The translations under genes and the position numbers were made by a program. DNA of 49,431 nt, the filler included, from Catajapyx aquilonaris (Eukaryota), in the NCBI GenBank assembly GCA_000934665.2. It is 3 parts of 3 records of this genome, joined end to end, with 100 filler letters (N's around TTAATTAATTAA, not from the genome) between each part and the next. Parts side by side here need not be neighbours in the genome. Positions count along the whole stretch, not along the records: positions 16,509 to 32,926 come from JYFJ02007208.1; positions 33,027 to 49,431 come from JYFJ02007209.1; 1 more part is not named here. One strand, given 5' to 3'. This document shows, one piece after another, positions 24,101-36,060 of the stretch; position 1 is the stretch's first letter; each line of letters begins with the position of its first letter. Under the pieces are notes generated by a model, which had not been told where the DNA came from, searched no databases, and worked only from the letters and a program-made list of their open reading frames with translations.

Positions 24101-27100
24101 TATACATGGAGTCAAGTTCACCCCATCTGACCTGAGGGAAACGAGTTCTGCTAGGAGTTTTTAAACGTGTTTTTAAGGGAAGGCATACATAAGCTGTCAT
24201 AAATCTTAACACCACTGGAAAAGTTCACCTTCATCTCCTAAAAATTGGCAAGACACGTGTTTTTGCAATTTCTTGATTTGCAAAATAAAGTTTGGGCACC
24301 ATGAAAATTGGGTGGTTTCATGGGCCTTTAACATCTATTTCCTTGCTCAGCTATGTCGGCACAGAATAATTTTTTTGCTGTACAACATGCTAAGTGCTTC
24401 CATAATGGCATGGCATGATTGAAAGTCTCATTATATTATACAGACCGATTTTAAAGACGTTTCACGTCAAAACTACTTGATCACGGAATGCAGACACCAA
24501 ATCAAGCAAAGTGAATAGGGGAGCACGCATGAGGTTCAGATTTAACCCTCCGAGCAGGGACGTGGGGCCAGAGCAGCCCATTTCACATGGAATGGCCCCA
24601 CACTAAAATGAGTATAGCTGTTGAACTAATAGTTCCATTTGAAACAAACTTGTTGATATCGATTCTTTGGAATCCTGGGAACATCTAAGAAAAATAAAAC
24701 GTACTTGATACATTTACTTCTGTGCATAAAATGCGTCATTTGAAAAGGGTTGTATTTTAATTCCATTTATCTGTGATATTGCTTAACATTAATGTGAACA
24801 TAAAGCACTCAATGGACGAATAATTTCTTTTCATATACACACACACCACTTGTGACATCATGCCATCCATACATTAATACTTTGTGCTTCCACATTTGGG
24901 TCTAATTACTGCAGCGCATTGATGTGGAATTGACGAAATCAACCGGTCTACCAGAAAAGTATCAACTTCGTGGAACCAAACTGGCACAATCTGCTCCTTG
25001 AGCTAGAGGAGATTCTTTGGTGGCTTATATCACCAGGTCACCCATTTCCCTCCCTTATATTCTCAATTGGATTGAGATCTGGGCTTTTCCCTGGCCAGGG
25101 CAGTGTTTTGTTATGCTTCTCCTGGAGAAATTTCTTCATCTGTTATGGGTAATAACATCAAATGAATGACCCAGAATGGAAAGGTCATAAGTCCATGAGA
25201 CAAAATTTTACAGGGGAGACAAAAAACTGAAATGCGGCATTGTAAATTCGTCAAGGTGGTCGGACTCGCGGGAATGTTAATCTTAGTCGACATTGGCATC
25301 TTGTTGAGCAGAGTTCGGTGGAAAACGCGTCATGACAGATTCGTGAGAGCGATTTAAAGGGACGGGACTTATGTCCTTTTCATTCTGAAAGATGGCAGGA
25401 TGGCAAATTTTCTCATCCTGCCATCTTTCAGAATGAAAAGGACGTAAGTCCCGTCCCTTTACTTCAACATTTTCCTGAATACATGTAGGTATTTACCGAA
25501 TAATGACACGATGGACCAAGTGCATTTTCATTCCGAAGCAGCAATTTCAGCATGGAAAAGGTGTAAGTCTAGATCTTCCCCCTTTGCCATTCTGGAGGCA
25601 ATTTTGACATGCTAAAATATAGCATATGGGTGGGGACTTTCGCACCCTCTCATACTGGATCTTATGCCCTCCATGCTGAAGAGTTTCCTTCCGCAAAAAA
25701 GTCATTTTGACCAAAAGGTGAACTTATGCCCTTTCCATTCTGGGTCATTCAAATGCACTTGATATTTTTTTCTGAGACATAATGGAATGACTAAGCTATC
25801 TGAAACGAAGAAACCGTTTTGGCTCTGTGAAAATGTGCTGAAGTGTCTTGAAATATGCATTAATTGACTCCACCAACACAGGTAATTTAATTTCCTTGGC
25901 ATAAATCATGTAGAGTAGAAATATACAGGGTGAACCAACTTCAAGTGTCGTTTTATAACGGCGATTAATAGCAGTGATTTTGCAATGACGTAGCAGCGAT
26001 GTGTAAAATGTTCCACTTCGGCGCCATCGAAAATATTAGCTGCCAATAGCAGCACACATGTAATCAACCGTGCTGCTGGGTTGACCTGGAAAAAAGGAGG
26101 TGCACACATGACCTGCGATGCGTCTGAGTGAAATGGGTGACGCCCAAGGCACCAGATTAGCATTGGTGCCGCATGTGGTTGCACAGGGTTCATTACATGT
26201 GTGCTGCTATTGGCAGCTAATATTTTCGATGGCGCCGAAGTGGGCCATTTTACGCGTCGCTGCTACGTCAATCGTAAAGCGCTTCTATTAATAGCAGTTA
26301 TAAAACGACACTTGAAGTTGGTCCACCCTGTATCATCACACATGTAAATCAAATGCATAATTTAAAATTAATTGCAAAAGATTTGTAATATCTGGTTTTA
26401 AAAGTTCCATCGAATTTTTAAAAAACCTTGTACCCTGTTTCTGGTCACGATGCATGAATGTGATAACGATTATGGGGCAAACTCGTAAAATCTCAGTAAT
26501 TAGCTAATTACATATTATCATGCTCACATCCTGCTTTGTAGGCAACCACTGTAGGTGCCAGGTCTTTCAGGCAAACTCCCTACAAAAAGGCATTGCGTGT
26601 TGTCCCTTATGTCTGGTGGTCTTATTGTCTACATTGTTACTGTTTGGTCCCTTGAGATTTCTCCCTCCAATATTTTGAGACTTGTTTTGGGTCAACGATT
26701 ATACTGCTGGCTGTTGCACCTACTGATAATAAATACACTGTATGTCTGAATAACAAGTCACAAAATTTAACTGTAAAATGGATAAGAAAAAAATGAACGC
26801 AATTTTTTCCAAACTATGTAAAAAGAATTAACCCTTTGTCTCCTTTTAGGTTAGGGAAGCACTGCTTTAGTGTCACCATGTACAGTATAATCAAATTTAC
26901 ACATTATCCTTGCAAGATGGCTGTATGTGATATGGAAAAACCCAAAATAGATCTGAAATCAGAGCACTTAAACTAGGTTAGATCTCCCATCACACACAAC
27001 ATTTTTCAGGGTAGTGTAAATATTTAAAACAAACAAGCCAATGACAAATGTTCCAGATATCATGTAAGGTGTTGTGAGGTAATCAAGTAATGCCATTTTT

Positions 27101-30100
27101 GCTATTTCCTATTGTCACTGGCATCTTACTTTTTGGGACAAGCCATGATGTAAAAGTAAGCAAAATAAACAAATACCTGAATGAAAGGACATTCCAATTG
27201 CCATCCTTTCCACAAAAAATTCCTTATATTTCTTCGTCAGATCACAGAGAAGAAGATTGGCCAGTTGTCGTGGAGACATCATAGGAAAGCGAATGTGTGT
27301 CATAACCTCAGTTACAAGATTCTTCATGTGACTCTCAACATCAACAACACATTCACACATTAGTTTACTTTCTTGTAAACGCAACCACTTCTCGGTGCAC
27401 CTGAAACAATAATGTTTTTTAAGTACATCCATTGACAAGGTGTCTTACTAGAAGGCCAACTGGCATGGCATACTCGTTGATAAAAGACAAACTTGTCAAA
27501 AATATAGGGGGGAGAAATGTCGAGAGACCAACTGGTAATGAGGTAGGCGACCAGAAACATTGGCCTACCCCTAGACACATGCTGCAACACACATGATGCC
27601 TCTTTGCAAGGGGATCCCCTGACAAGTGGACCTGCCCACATGACAGGGGTTGCCTAGGAAGCAACATAATTATGAGCATGTGACAATCATGGCTGAAAAT
27701 GAGGCAATCTCTCTAAACCTCATCAGTAAGGATTATCATGCGCATATGCTGCTCCCTAGGCAACCCATGTAAGGTGCACGAGTCCACCTGGCAAGGGATC
27801 TCCTTAGAAAAAGGTGTCGGCGTGTTGCCGCCTGTGCCTAGGGGTGGGCTGATGTTTCAGGTCGTCTACCTTGTTACCGATTGGTCCATCGACATTTCTC
27901 ACTCATACATTTTGGACTTCGTTTGGACCAAGGAATACACTGCCAGCAGGATGACCACCCTGTATACTTGTAATCAGGCACCTTGCTCTGGGAACAAGCT
28001 ACAAAGAATTAACAGCTTGGAATGAAATCTCCTATAACTAATGTGACCTGCATCCTTAAAACAAAAGGTTGGTCTAGTTAAAGGGACATATAAGGTGCAC
28101 TACTTTCCGCAATCATTGCACACATGAGATATGGCCATGTCTGGCCTGAGGTGCAAGAGAATATGCTGAAGTGAGCCATGCCAAAACCAATTCTGGAATA
28201 GGTCCTTAGCATGCCATACTGCAATTGAATCAAGTTGTAAAACCTACGTACGCATAGAGAGTCATTTCATCATAAACCACCAGATCATTTGCCTGCAGCA
28301 ACTGTGTGAGTACATCAAGTTCGAAATTTCCAAATTCAGCCATAGCAGCTACTAGTTCAAAGTTCCACTTGATGAAGTTTTGGCACATCTGAAAAAAGAA
28401 TTACAAATAAACTTACGGCCCACTTATAATTAAACAAATCAGAAAATATATGATATACCTGTGCAACCTTATGATGCCCACAAGTTAGGGTATAGTGAAG
28501 CCAGGGTATCAGTTGGTTTTGTGAAGATGCATACACCACATGGCTGCACATATAATCGACACAGAGTTTCATCAGATCCTGAAATAGTACAGCAAAGCTG
28601 AAGATAATCCAAAAGTTGTGGTTTAATTTCTAGGTCATTTTGTCTGTCCAGATTAAACTTTCATCCCACAAAATATTAAATAAAATTTTGCAATCACAGA
28701 AAACAGTCACTGGCAGCAGTTTAATTCCCATTGTGAATGCAACTTTTCATCCGGAAGGTTATAAGATAAACTATTGTTATTAACTGTTGCCTTTAGTCCA
28801 TACTATGTCAACAGGTCCTTCTGCTCATTACTGCTGACCCGGTGTGTAGTTGAACTGACTTTCCCCTAGCCAAGCTCGATTGTTGGGAAGGAAGCACAAG
28901 GAAGTGCATGAGGTGCATAGGCAGGAATTAGTGTGGTGCATACTACACCCAATACCCCCACTTCTGCCTCCTCACCACAGGCTGTTGCTCCCCCAGTCAA
29001 ACTTAACCAGGGGCATGTCACTTCACTACACAATGGGCCAGCAGTAGTGGCAGACATATGGGGTCTGGAAAGAAAAGCACTCTACAAATGAGGAGTTAGT
29101 GCAAGGATATCAGTACAATAGCCACGGTCCCCTAACAGTTCAATCAAGTCCAGCTCCCTGTCACTTCTGCCTTAGTTGTATGGATACGGTAGTTTAATTC
29201 CTGTGTCTCCACCAGACTGGACTTTTGGAGCTGGCGGCGCTACATCGTTCGCTATCCTCCATCTTTTTCAAGATGCACTCTAGTGGTAAGTCTGCGGAAG
29301 GAAAGAAAGATCGAGCTAATCGCGGCAGACTACCCGCTACCTACCACAGGAGTTGCACCTTGAACAAGATGGCGTCTTAGCGAACGATGGGACACAGATA
29401 TTATACTACTGTATTCGAGGAGTGTCATAGGGCTGATCAAGTCTAAAGGTGGGTTTACATGTGAGCGAAATGATCAGCGAAATGCATCGCGGCGATGCAT
29501 TTCGACCGTGAATTGTAGCGGTTCTGACGTCATGACTCAAGCGATAGCGCTTAAGCATCGCCCGTGTGTTTACATGCCGGCGACGTGCATCGCCACGGCA
29601 TGCCAACAGCATCGCCCGCGCAAAGGACTATCGGAAGGAGACAAAAGACGATCGGGTTGTTCATGGCTCGAATTTTGGAATGGCGAAGAGACCCGAATAC
29701 GCCACAAGTGAGCGACGATGTCATCGCCATCTCCTTGAGCGATGTCATCGCCGAGGCCCTCCCTTCTTAAACGCGATTGCTACTTTCGGCCCAAATCACT
29801 GCTTTCGTTAGGATTTCATCGCTGGCGATGTAAATCGCTGATCATTTCGCTCACATGTAAACCCAGCTTAATAAGTCAAGTATTTAAAGATCCCCTGGAA
29901 ATGATTTACTGTATACTTATAAATTATGTTATACTCTACCTTAACATTGTATTTGTCAGCCAAAGACAGAATGGGCATCACTTTCATGTGATCAAGGCTC
30001 AGTTTTCCAGTGTACAAGTATCGCAGAAAATCCCCAAAGACTGCTGCACACGAGTCAGTTTCCTGGAGAATAACCCGTTTTTCCTGGGACTCTGACCAGA

Positions 30101-30119
30101 TTGGATTCATCAGCATGAC
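21127..30119 (-). CDS. BTBD17: BTB/POZ-BACK domain protein, BTBD17-like, 5'-incomplete: exons 30119-29940, 28578-28459, 28388-28252, 27400-27177, 21719-21127
   Basis: BTB segment VMLMNPIWSESQEKRVILQE...FLRYLYTGKL...LADKYNVKDL; BACK segment CQNFIKWNFE...DLVVYDEMTLY, IRFPMMSPRQLA; C-terminal LFTPRLY and W.VDLFPKGVWF motifs recalled as typical of BTBD17. All junctions are GT..AG and in phase. The first exon(s) were not found before the linker at 32927. Confidence 0.85.
22582..24056. mobile_element. 1.5-kb nested fold-back MITE with TA TSD and CAGTG termini
   Basis: ta|cagtgctggacacattagcc... pairs with ...ggctaatgtgtccagcactg|ta. The arms stay complementary inward to about 23190; inner arms agaagcaaaccacgttggg / cccaacgtggtttgcttct lie at about 22819 and 23574. 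Confidence 0.9.
23705..23953. mobile_element. MITE inserted in the right arm of the fold-back element
   Basis: TIR cgtcgctggcaatccaatacc / ggtattggattgtcagcgacg. ATAT is duplicated (23701-23704, 23954-23957), and the left arm shows the empty site ctctccatatgctgatg. Confidence 0.8.
25164..25750. mobile_element. MITE with AAAT TSD containing an internal hairpin (25355-25461)
   Basis: TIR gaatgacccagaatggaaagg.cataagt / acttatgccctttccattctgggtcattc, with aaat on both flanks. Confidence 0.75.
25926..26330. mobile_element. TA-flanked CAGGGTG fold-back MITE
   Basis: ta|cagggtgaaccaacttcaagtgtcgttttataac... pairs with ...gttataaaacgacacttgaagttggtccaccctg|ta, with arms of about 140 nt. Confidence 0.88.
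27430..27962. mobile_element. Older degenerate fold-back MITE; a related partial arm lies at ~26513-26720
   Basis: 27470-27690 is a diverged reverse complement of 27730-27950; the right end is caccctg|ta. Confidence 0.6.
29447..29868. mobile_element. PIF/Harbinger-type MITE
   Basis: TIR ag.tgggtttacatgtgagcgaaatgatcagcga at both ends; TAA TSD (29444-29446, 29869-29871). Confidence 0.88.
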
Positions 30120-30228
30120 CTGTGGAAATGTTGTATTGATCACAAAACCATGGATCTTTTTATACAACAACAACAACACCATCACGACATTTCCCTATAA
30201 AGGGGTAGTCAGCGATGACGGGAACCAC

Positions 30229-31209
30229 AAGGGTGTAAATGAATTCAGCCGACAAACTAGTAGGAGTAATAGAGGGGACCAAGACGAACATATTTGACAT
30301 GGGAAGCCGTGTCCGGAAACGCCATCTAGAGGGGGTTAATAGACAAGGAACGGGTGCGCTCAGACGCGTCAGACTGGCGGCGTTAGCGAGCGGACCGTTT
30401 AGCTGCTAAGTGGCGGGCGGATTGTACACAACTTTGCATTTCGCCACAACCTGGCAAACAAAAGAGTTGTTGTTTATTATCTGCGCGCTACCAGGGAACA
30501 TATACTACATAAGAGGCGCAAACATTCGATTTTTGCGTCTCTCTGTTTATAGGACTTTGCCAAGGCTGGCGGCCATTTTGAAGTGTGTGGTGTGCCAACG
30601 AGGTATAAATAGGGTACAGGCAGGCCGTCAAGGTCCGCGGGGGTCCGCCATCTTTGATGCTTTTGGCTGCCATGGCAATACATAGCAATAACAATTTACT
30701 TACCCATTCCAATATCGAATTCAAATTCGCGCGTGTTCTTGCCGTGTAGTTGCCATGGCCGCCAAAACCATCAAAGATGGCGGACCTTATTTTTGCCTGT
30801 ACCCTATTTATACCTCGTTGGCATACCACACACTTCAAAATGGCCGCCAGCCTTGGCAACGCCCTATAAACAGAGAGACGCGAACATCAAAGGTGCCGAC
30901 AGAAGTTTGCGCCTCTTATGTAGTATATGCTCCCTGGCGCTACCTAGCATGCTGACTTTACTTGCTAGGTGGCTCTGTTGTTGCCAGGTTATGGTGAATT
31001 GCAAAGTTATGTACAATCCGCCCGCCACCTAGCAACTAAACGGTCTGCTCGCTAACGCCGCCAGTCTGACGCGTCTGAGCGCACCCGTTCCTTGTCTATG
31101 AACCCCCTCTCGATGGCGTTTCCGGACACGGTTTCCTATGTCAAATATGTTTGTCTTGGTCCCCTCTATTACCCTTACAAGTTTGTCGGCTGAATTCATT
31201 TACACCCTG
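30229..31209. mobile_element. CAGGGTG-type fold-back MITE with ~230-nt arms hosting a nested element
   Basis: agggtgtaaatgaattcagccgacaaact... pairs with ...agtttgtcggctgaattcatttacaccctg|ta. Confidence 0.88.
30492..30936. mobile_element. Palindromic MITE with 7-bp TSD (P-element-like), copy 1
   Basis: TIR cagggaacatatactacataagaggcgcaaac / gtttgcgcctcttatgtagtatatgctccctg; gcgctac duplicated at 30485-30491 and 30937-30943. Confidence 0.85.
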
Positions 31210-31531
31210 TATACAAGGGTCGTTCTGAAAATAAGTTTCACATAGAAATTATTTCTGAAATTATTGTACTTGCCCAACACCAATGAAGTTCGCCTAGCAC
31301 GAAAATCACCAGCATGTCGATGTTACAAATACAAATTACTTGAGAATGAATCATGTTTTAATCACACAACGTATATCCTAATGAGCCTCATGGAAGAGCA
31401 ATGTTGGGGGAATATATCAATGCATTTGTCAGTGGAACAAGAAGAATACGATATTATTTATTTAGCGCGCTGGGGGCAATGGAGTTCGCCCTGAGTGCTA
31501 AATGTGCCACAAAGTTTGCCCACCGTTAAAT

Positions 31532-31963
31532 CAGAGAGCATATACTACATTAGAGGCGCAAACTTCTGTCGGCGCCATTGTTGTTCGCATCTCTCTGTTT
31601 ATAGGGCGTTGACAAGGCCGGCGGCCATCTTGACGTGTTGTATGCCAACGAGGTATAAATAGGGTACAGGCAAAAATAAGGTCCGCCATCTTTGATGGTT
31701 TTGGCTGCCATGGCAATAACACGCGCGAATTTGAATTCGATATTGGAAAATGGGTAAGTAAATTGTTATTGCCGTGCATTGCCATGGCAGCCCAAACCAT
31801 CAAAGATGGCGGACCCCGCGGACCTTGACGGCCTGCCTGTACCCTATTTATACCTCGTTGACATACCACACACTTCAAGATGGCCGCCAGCCTTGGCAAC
31901 TCCATAAACAGAGAGACGAAAAAAATCGAATGTTTGCGCCTCTTATGTAGTATATGCTCCCTG
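31532..31963. mobile_element. Palindromic MITE with 7-bp TSD (P-element-like), copy 2, opposite orientation
   Basis: Same TIRs and body as 30492-30936; gttaaat duplicated at 31525-31531 and 31964-31970. Confidence 0.85.
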
Positions 31964-32926
31964 GTTAAATACAGACTGAAATGGTTTTGCCAGATGAAAA
32001 GAAAGTGAAGGTCTCTTGCCCTGCGCCACAATGCCATTACTCATTGCACTCGGTGTCTGGAAATAACAATCACTGGAGGTGGTAGGCCCATTCCTCCAGT
32101 GGTATGCAAGGTGAAATGGAAGAGTTCTGAAGAAGGAAAGTCTGCGTATGTGGTTGCTCAAGAAGGACATGTGCCATGCTCAATGGCTAGGGGCATCGCA
32201 TGAAGTAACAAAACTACAAGAACCATCCAGAAAAACCTTATTATGGACGTCACCAGGCAACAGCAGCAAGGAAAAACCGAGAGATGAGAAAAATGTGTCG
32301 CAAAATTGGAGAAAGGAATAGCGACCAATTTCAAAATGGTCAGAAGTGACCCAAAAGGTGGTCCCCACAACAACCTGTCGACTCTGCATCCATGACATGA
32401 TGATGAAGTGGGGTCTTTTTGGACCCCAAGGAAAAAAATGCATTAAAATGATCATTACAATGAACTTTTGCCATTTTTTTGCAGTATATAACAGGAAGTG
32501 CAGGTATATTTTGAATTAGCGATCATTTTAGGCATTGTTCAAAGAATGATTGTATATCTAGTCAATACATTGAAAAGTATTATATAATAATTAATAAAAA
32601 TTAAAATATGGTGGGGTCCGAAAAGACCCCACGGCACGGTTGCCGTAATACTCGTAGGCACGGCACGGTTCCAGGGTTAAGACATAGCACTGCACCTTGC
32701 ACATCCCCTCCTGTCATCCTGCCCGTGGGCCCGGGCGTTTCTAATGAATAGGCACCAATTGTACCTCAACAAATAAAGGTCCGTGCAAAATTCCCCCATG
32801 TGGGGGCGAAAGCACATTACCCCAGCAGCTCGGAGGAGCGGCTCTGAGGCGAGAGCGAACAGACGTGTCGAAACGGAGCTCCGTATCAGTACATAACCAG
32901 CAAGGAGAGAGTGAAATGCCGGACTC

Positions 32927-33026
32927 NNNNNNNNNNNNNNNNNNNNNNNNNNNNNNNNNNNNNNNNNNNNTTAATTAATTAANNNNNNNNNNNNNNNNNN
33001 NNNNNNNNNNNNNNNNNNNNNNNNNN
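32927..33026. other. Artificial contig linker (44 N + TTAATTAATTAA + 44 N)
   Basis: Identical to the linker at 16409-16508. Confidence 0.97.
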
Positions 33027-34884
33027 TCGGCAGAAGAGGTACCGGCCATTTATCAGTGGGAGTACGTCGGAACCTTATTATACCAATCCCTAATGTAATA
33101 ACGTACCACCAGCCCTTTGCATAATTTATGTCTCAACAATGAGGCATAATCGTTGAAGAATCGTTGAGAAATGTACTTTGTAGCACCCCCCCACTGTATA
33201 TTGCATTGTTTTAAGGTAAACAGTGATGTGGTACTAAAATAATATGGTTATGTGTTATTGGTATTTCGGATATGATTAGACTATCTATAGTGTAATATGG
33301 CATGTGATGTACTACGATGCCGGTTTGTAGTACATCAGTGCTGTTTGTGACCTCTGTCCCCCTTCCGCCATTACATTATCGTACTCCCATAATGGCACTA
33401 TAAAGGTACTACCAAGAACAACGTATATGCTACAGACATACAGGAGACGCAGAAAACTCAGGTATTTTCTTGGCAAGTATATTGTATCCATTATGACATA
33501 TAATCATTGCACCACTTGTTTGCGATATTGCATTGTTGTATATACTTGTGTAGTTAGCGTGCTATATGTCCCTCGAGGGGCTGGATGGCACGGCATTTTT
33601 CCTGCTAAGTAACTTCACTTGAAGCCAACATTCCAAAATTTCGTTCAATAATAATAATTATTGCTTAAATTACTTTGATTTTTGAGTAAAGAAAAGGCAG
33701 GAAAAGCGTCCCACACCATGAGTTGGAGCCTTGTCGCTGGCGGTGTGGCTTTTCACCAATCCAGCTCGCACACCATAGTCGTGACTCATGTAAACACGAG
33801 CAACATGTGTGTTGTGTGTGTTTACACGAGTCATGACAAACACTTTAAATTGTCTTCTCCTTCTAAATTAGCTGGGATTAGCACCGTATTGTCCTGCTGC
33901 CAGGTTCCTGCCTATGGAAGGCCCAGGCCGAGAAAGAGGAGTGGGTGATTGAGGTCCCCAGGGATGCGGATCCAAACGAGGACCACTGGACCAGTTCTCC
34001 AAGAATGCGAAGCCATACTTCTATTTTGATTTTTAAAGAGCAATAATGTTCATTTTGCTAAACTGTGAATTTGACAGAAACAATATGAGCAGCCAAGTGC
34101 TTTTTTACCACCTGCTAAATTATATTTAAATGTTGTTTGTTTGTTTGTTTAACATACCATAAATTAGGATGTGCACAATATTATTTTTTGGCCACGTGTT
34201 CCTCTGCTAGCATGGCTGCTGGTATAATAAATTATTAAACATACCACAGAATAATATTTAAAAAATATAATAAGTACAATGTGTTGTTAATAATACAAAC
34301 ATTAATTGCAAGGAGACCAAGAGGAAACAAACGATATGTCCCTGGAAATGGAATAATCGGAGATGTAATGCGATCTCTTTCATACATTATAATTTCATTT
34401 AAAAATACTTTTGTACATGAAACAAAATTAAGATCTTTTCACCTTTTGCAGAAATAAGTACACATGAATGTCGCTTTATAATCTCTTCATTTTGAGATTC
34501 GTCGAGGTAAAAATAAAATGCATTTTTTAAATGCAACACATATTACTGAGCACGACACGATTTACCGCATATCGTAACCTAAATATAAATTGTTTGAGCT
34601 GCACTATCAAATACTGAAACATTTAAGTACAACACAACCTTGCAAGTACTTTCAGTGAGAAATTAAACCCTCCACTTGTGCTGGTGAAAACAATTAGAGC
34701 TTAGTACATTACAAAAAAACGTTTGTTCAAACCTTGCAATAATTGCGAAACAATTAGTGATACTGGCTCTGCACATTTAAAAAACAATTGCATGCACATC
34801 ATTCATAAATGACACCCATTTATACGTGGCTGTGTCATTTAATTAATTCTGTGCAAGAACTGTCTTGTTCGATTCTGTGAAACA

Positions 34885-35170
34885 AATAAATAATGCATAC
34901 CCCGTTATCAGCCTTTTCCGGCTCTTTAGGGGGGAAGTTTTCTTTTGCCTGGAACTCTTTGCTTTCATTTTACTGCACTTTTTGGGATGGGATAGGGACA
35001 GAAGGAAGCGGCTGTGGCCTGTTAATTACGGAAACAACTCCGGAATTTTCCTGGAAGGACCGTGGGAAACCACAGAAAACCACTGTCAGAGTTGCCGGCC
35101 CCGGGATTCGAACCCAGGACCTCCCGATTAGCAGTCGGACGCCTTATCCACTATGCCAACCTGCTTCGGT
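34885..35170 (-). mobile_element. Full-length tRNA-derived SINE with 14-bp TSD
   Basis: Minus-strand A box (tggcatagtgg), B box (ggttcgaatcc) and short ATTT-type tail; gattctgtgaaaca duplicated at 34871-34884 and 35171-35184. Confidence 0.9.
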
Positions 35171-35699
35171 GATTCTGTGAAACACATATTGCAGTGCCCG
35201 TAGCCTGTGACAGACTTGTAATTAAAAAATTATCTTACGAACAATAAGAAATTCAATTGCACAGTTGCACAAATTAAAATGGTAACAAAATTACCAAATT
35301 ACATGCTGTCATTACACGATATATATAAAAAGTACATGTCCTGAAAAAGAATTTGTAGCAATTGACTCATCAGATTTACTCTGTATTCATGGCCGGCATT
35401 TTAACGACTAGAATCGGGAAGCAGGCGTACCGCTCAGTACATTTCCAGCTGAGGATCGTACCGTTCGTACTGGAACCCTGGAAACATTCCGAAGTTCAGG
35501 TGAACCTGTAAGAAAGAGTGAATTAATAATAATCAATAAAAATCAATAAAAACATTGAATTAACAAATAATAATCAAGCAGTAAATATAAAATTAATAAG
35601 TAATAATAAATAGCAATAAATTAAACTAATAATAATCAGCAATAGCAATAACTAAAATTAATAACCATACAGAAATAATAAATTAACAAAAATAAGACC

Positions 35700-35791
35700 T
35701 GATAAATTACTAATAAGTTACTAATAATTTATTCATAAAAATCATATGATTTTTATGAATAAATTATTAGTAACTTATTAGTAATTTATCA
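35700..35791. repeat. Perfect 92-bp AT-rich palindrome with no spacer
   Basis: 35700-35745 is the exact reverse complement of 35746-35791, centred on CATATG. Confidence 0.92.
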
Positions 35792-36060
35792 AGTCTTCTT
35801 ATCAACCAATCAATAATAAAGGTTTACACGACCTGTAGATGGAAGCATGGGGGTTGAATCGACAAGGGCCACTAGACTGTTATGTAATCATTGGTGTGTG
35901 TGAATGAGGCGCCAATTTTTCAAATATATAGAGGCCATTGTTGCAAGGTTTCTCCAATGTTTTTTTTTGACGGACACTGAATAACGATTAATAAAATATG
36001 ACAAGACAGATGTTTCAAAACGAGTTTTACTAGAACAGGACATGCTTTTTACAGCAACAT

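Noticed and set aside
30410..32037. Repeated ORFs sharing LPRLAAILKCVVCQRGINRVQA as a small gene family
   Set aside because: They come from the palindromic arms of two MITE copies; the same applies to the mirrored ORFs at 14580-15371 and 22531-24054.
24542..32680. piggyBac-like ends (TTAA-CCCT at ~24542 and AGGG-TTAA at ~32673) as one large element
   Set aside because: The ends do not match beyond a few bases, they would enclose four BTBD17 exons, and no transposase is present; they are probably separate relic ends.
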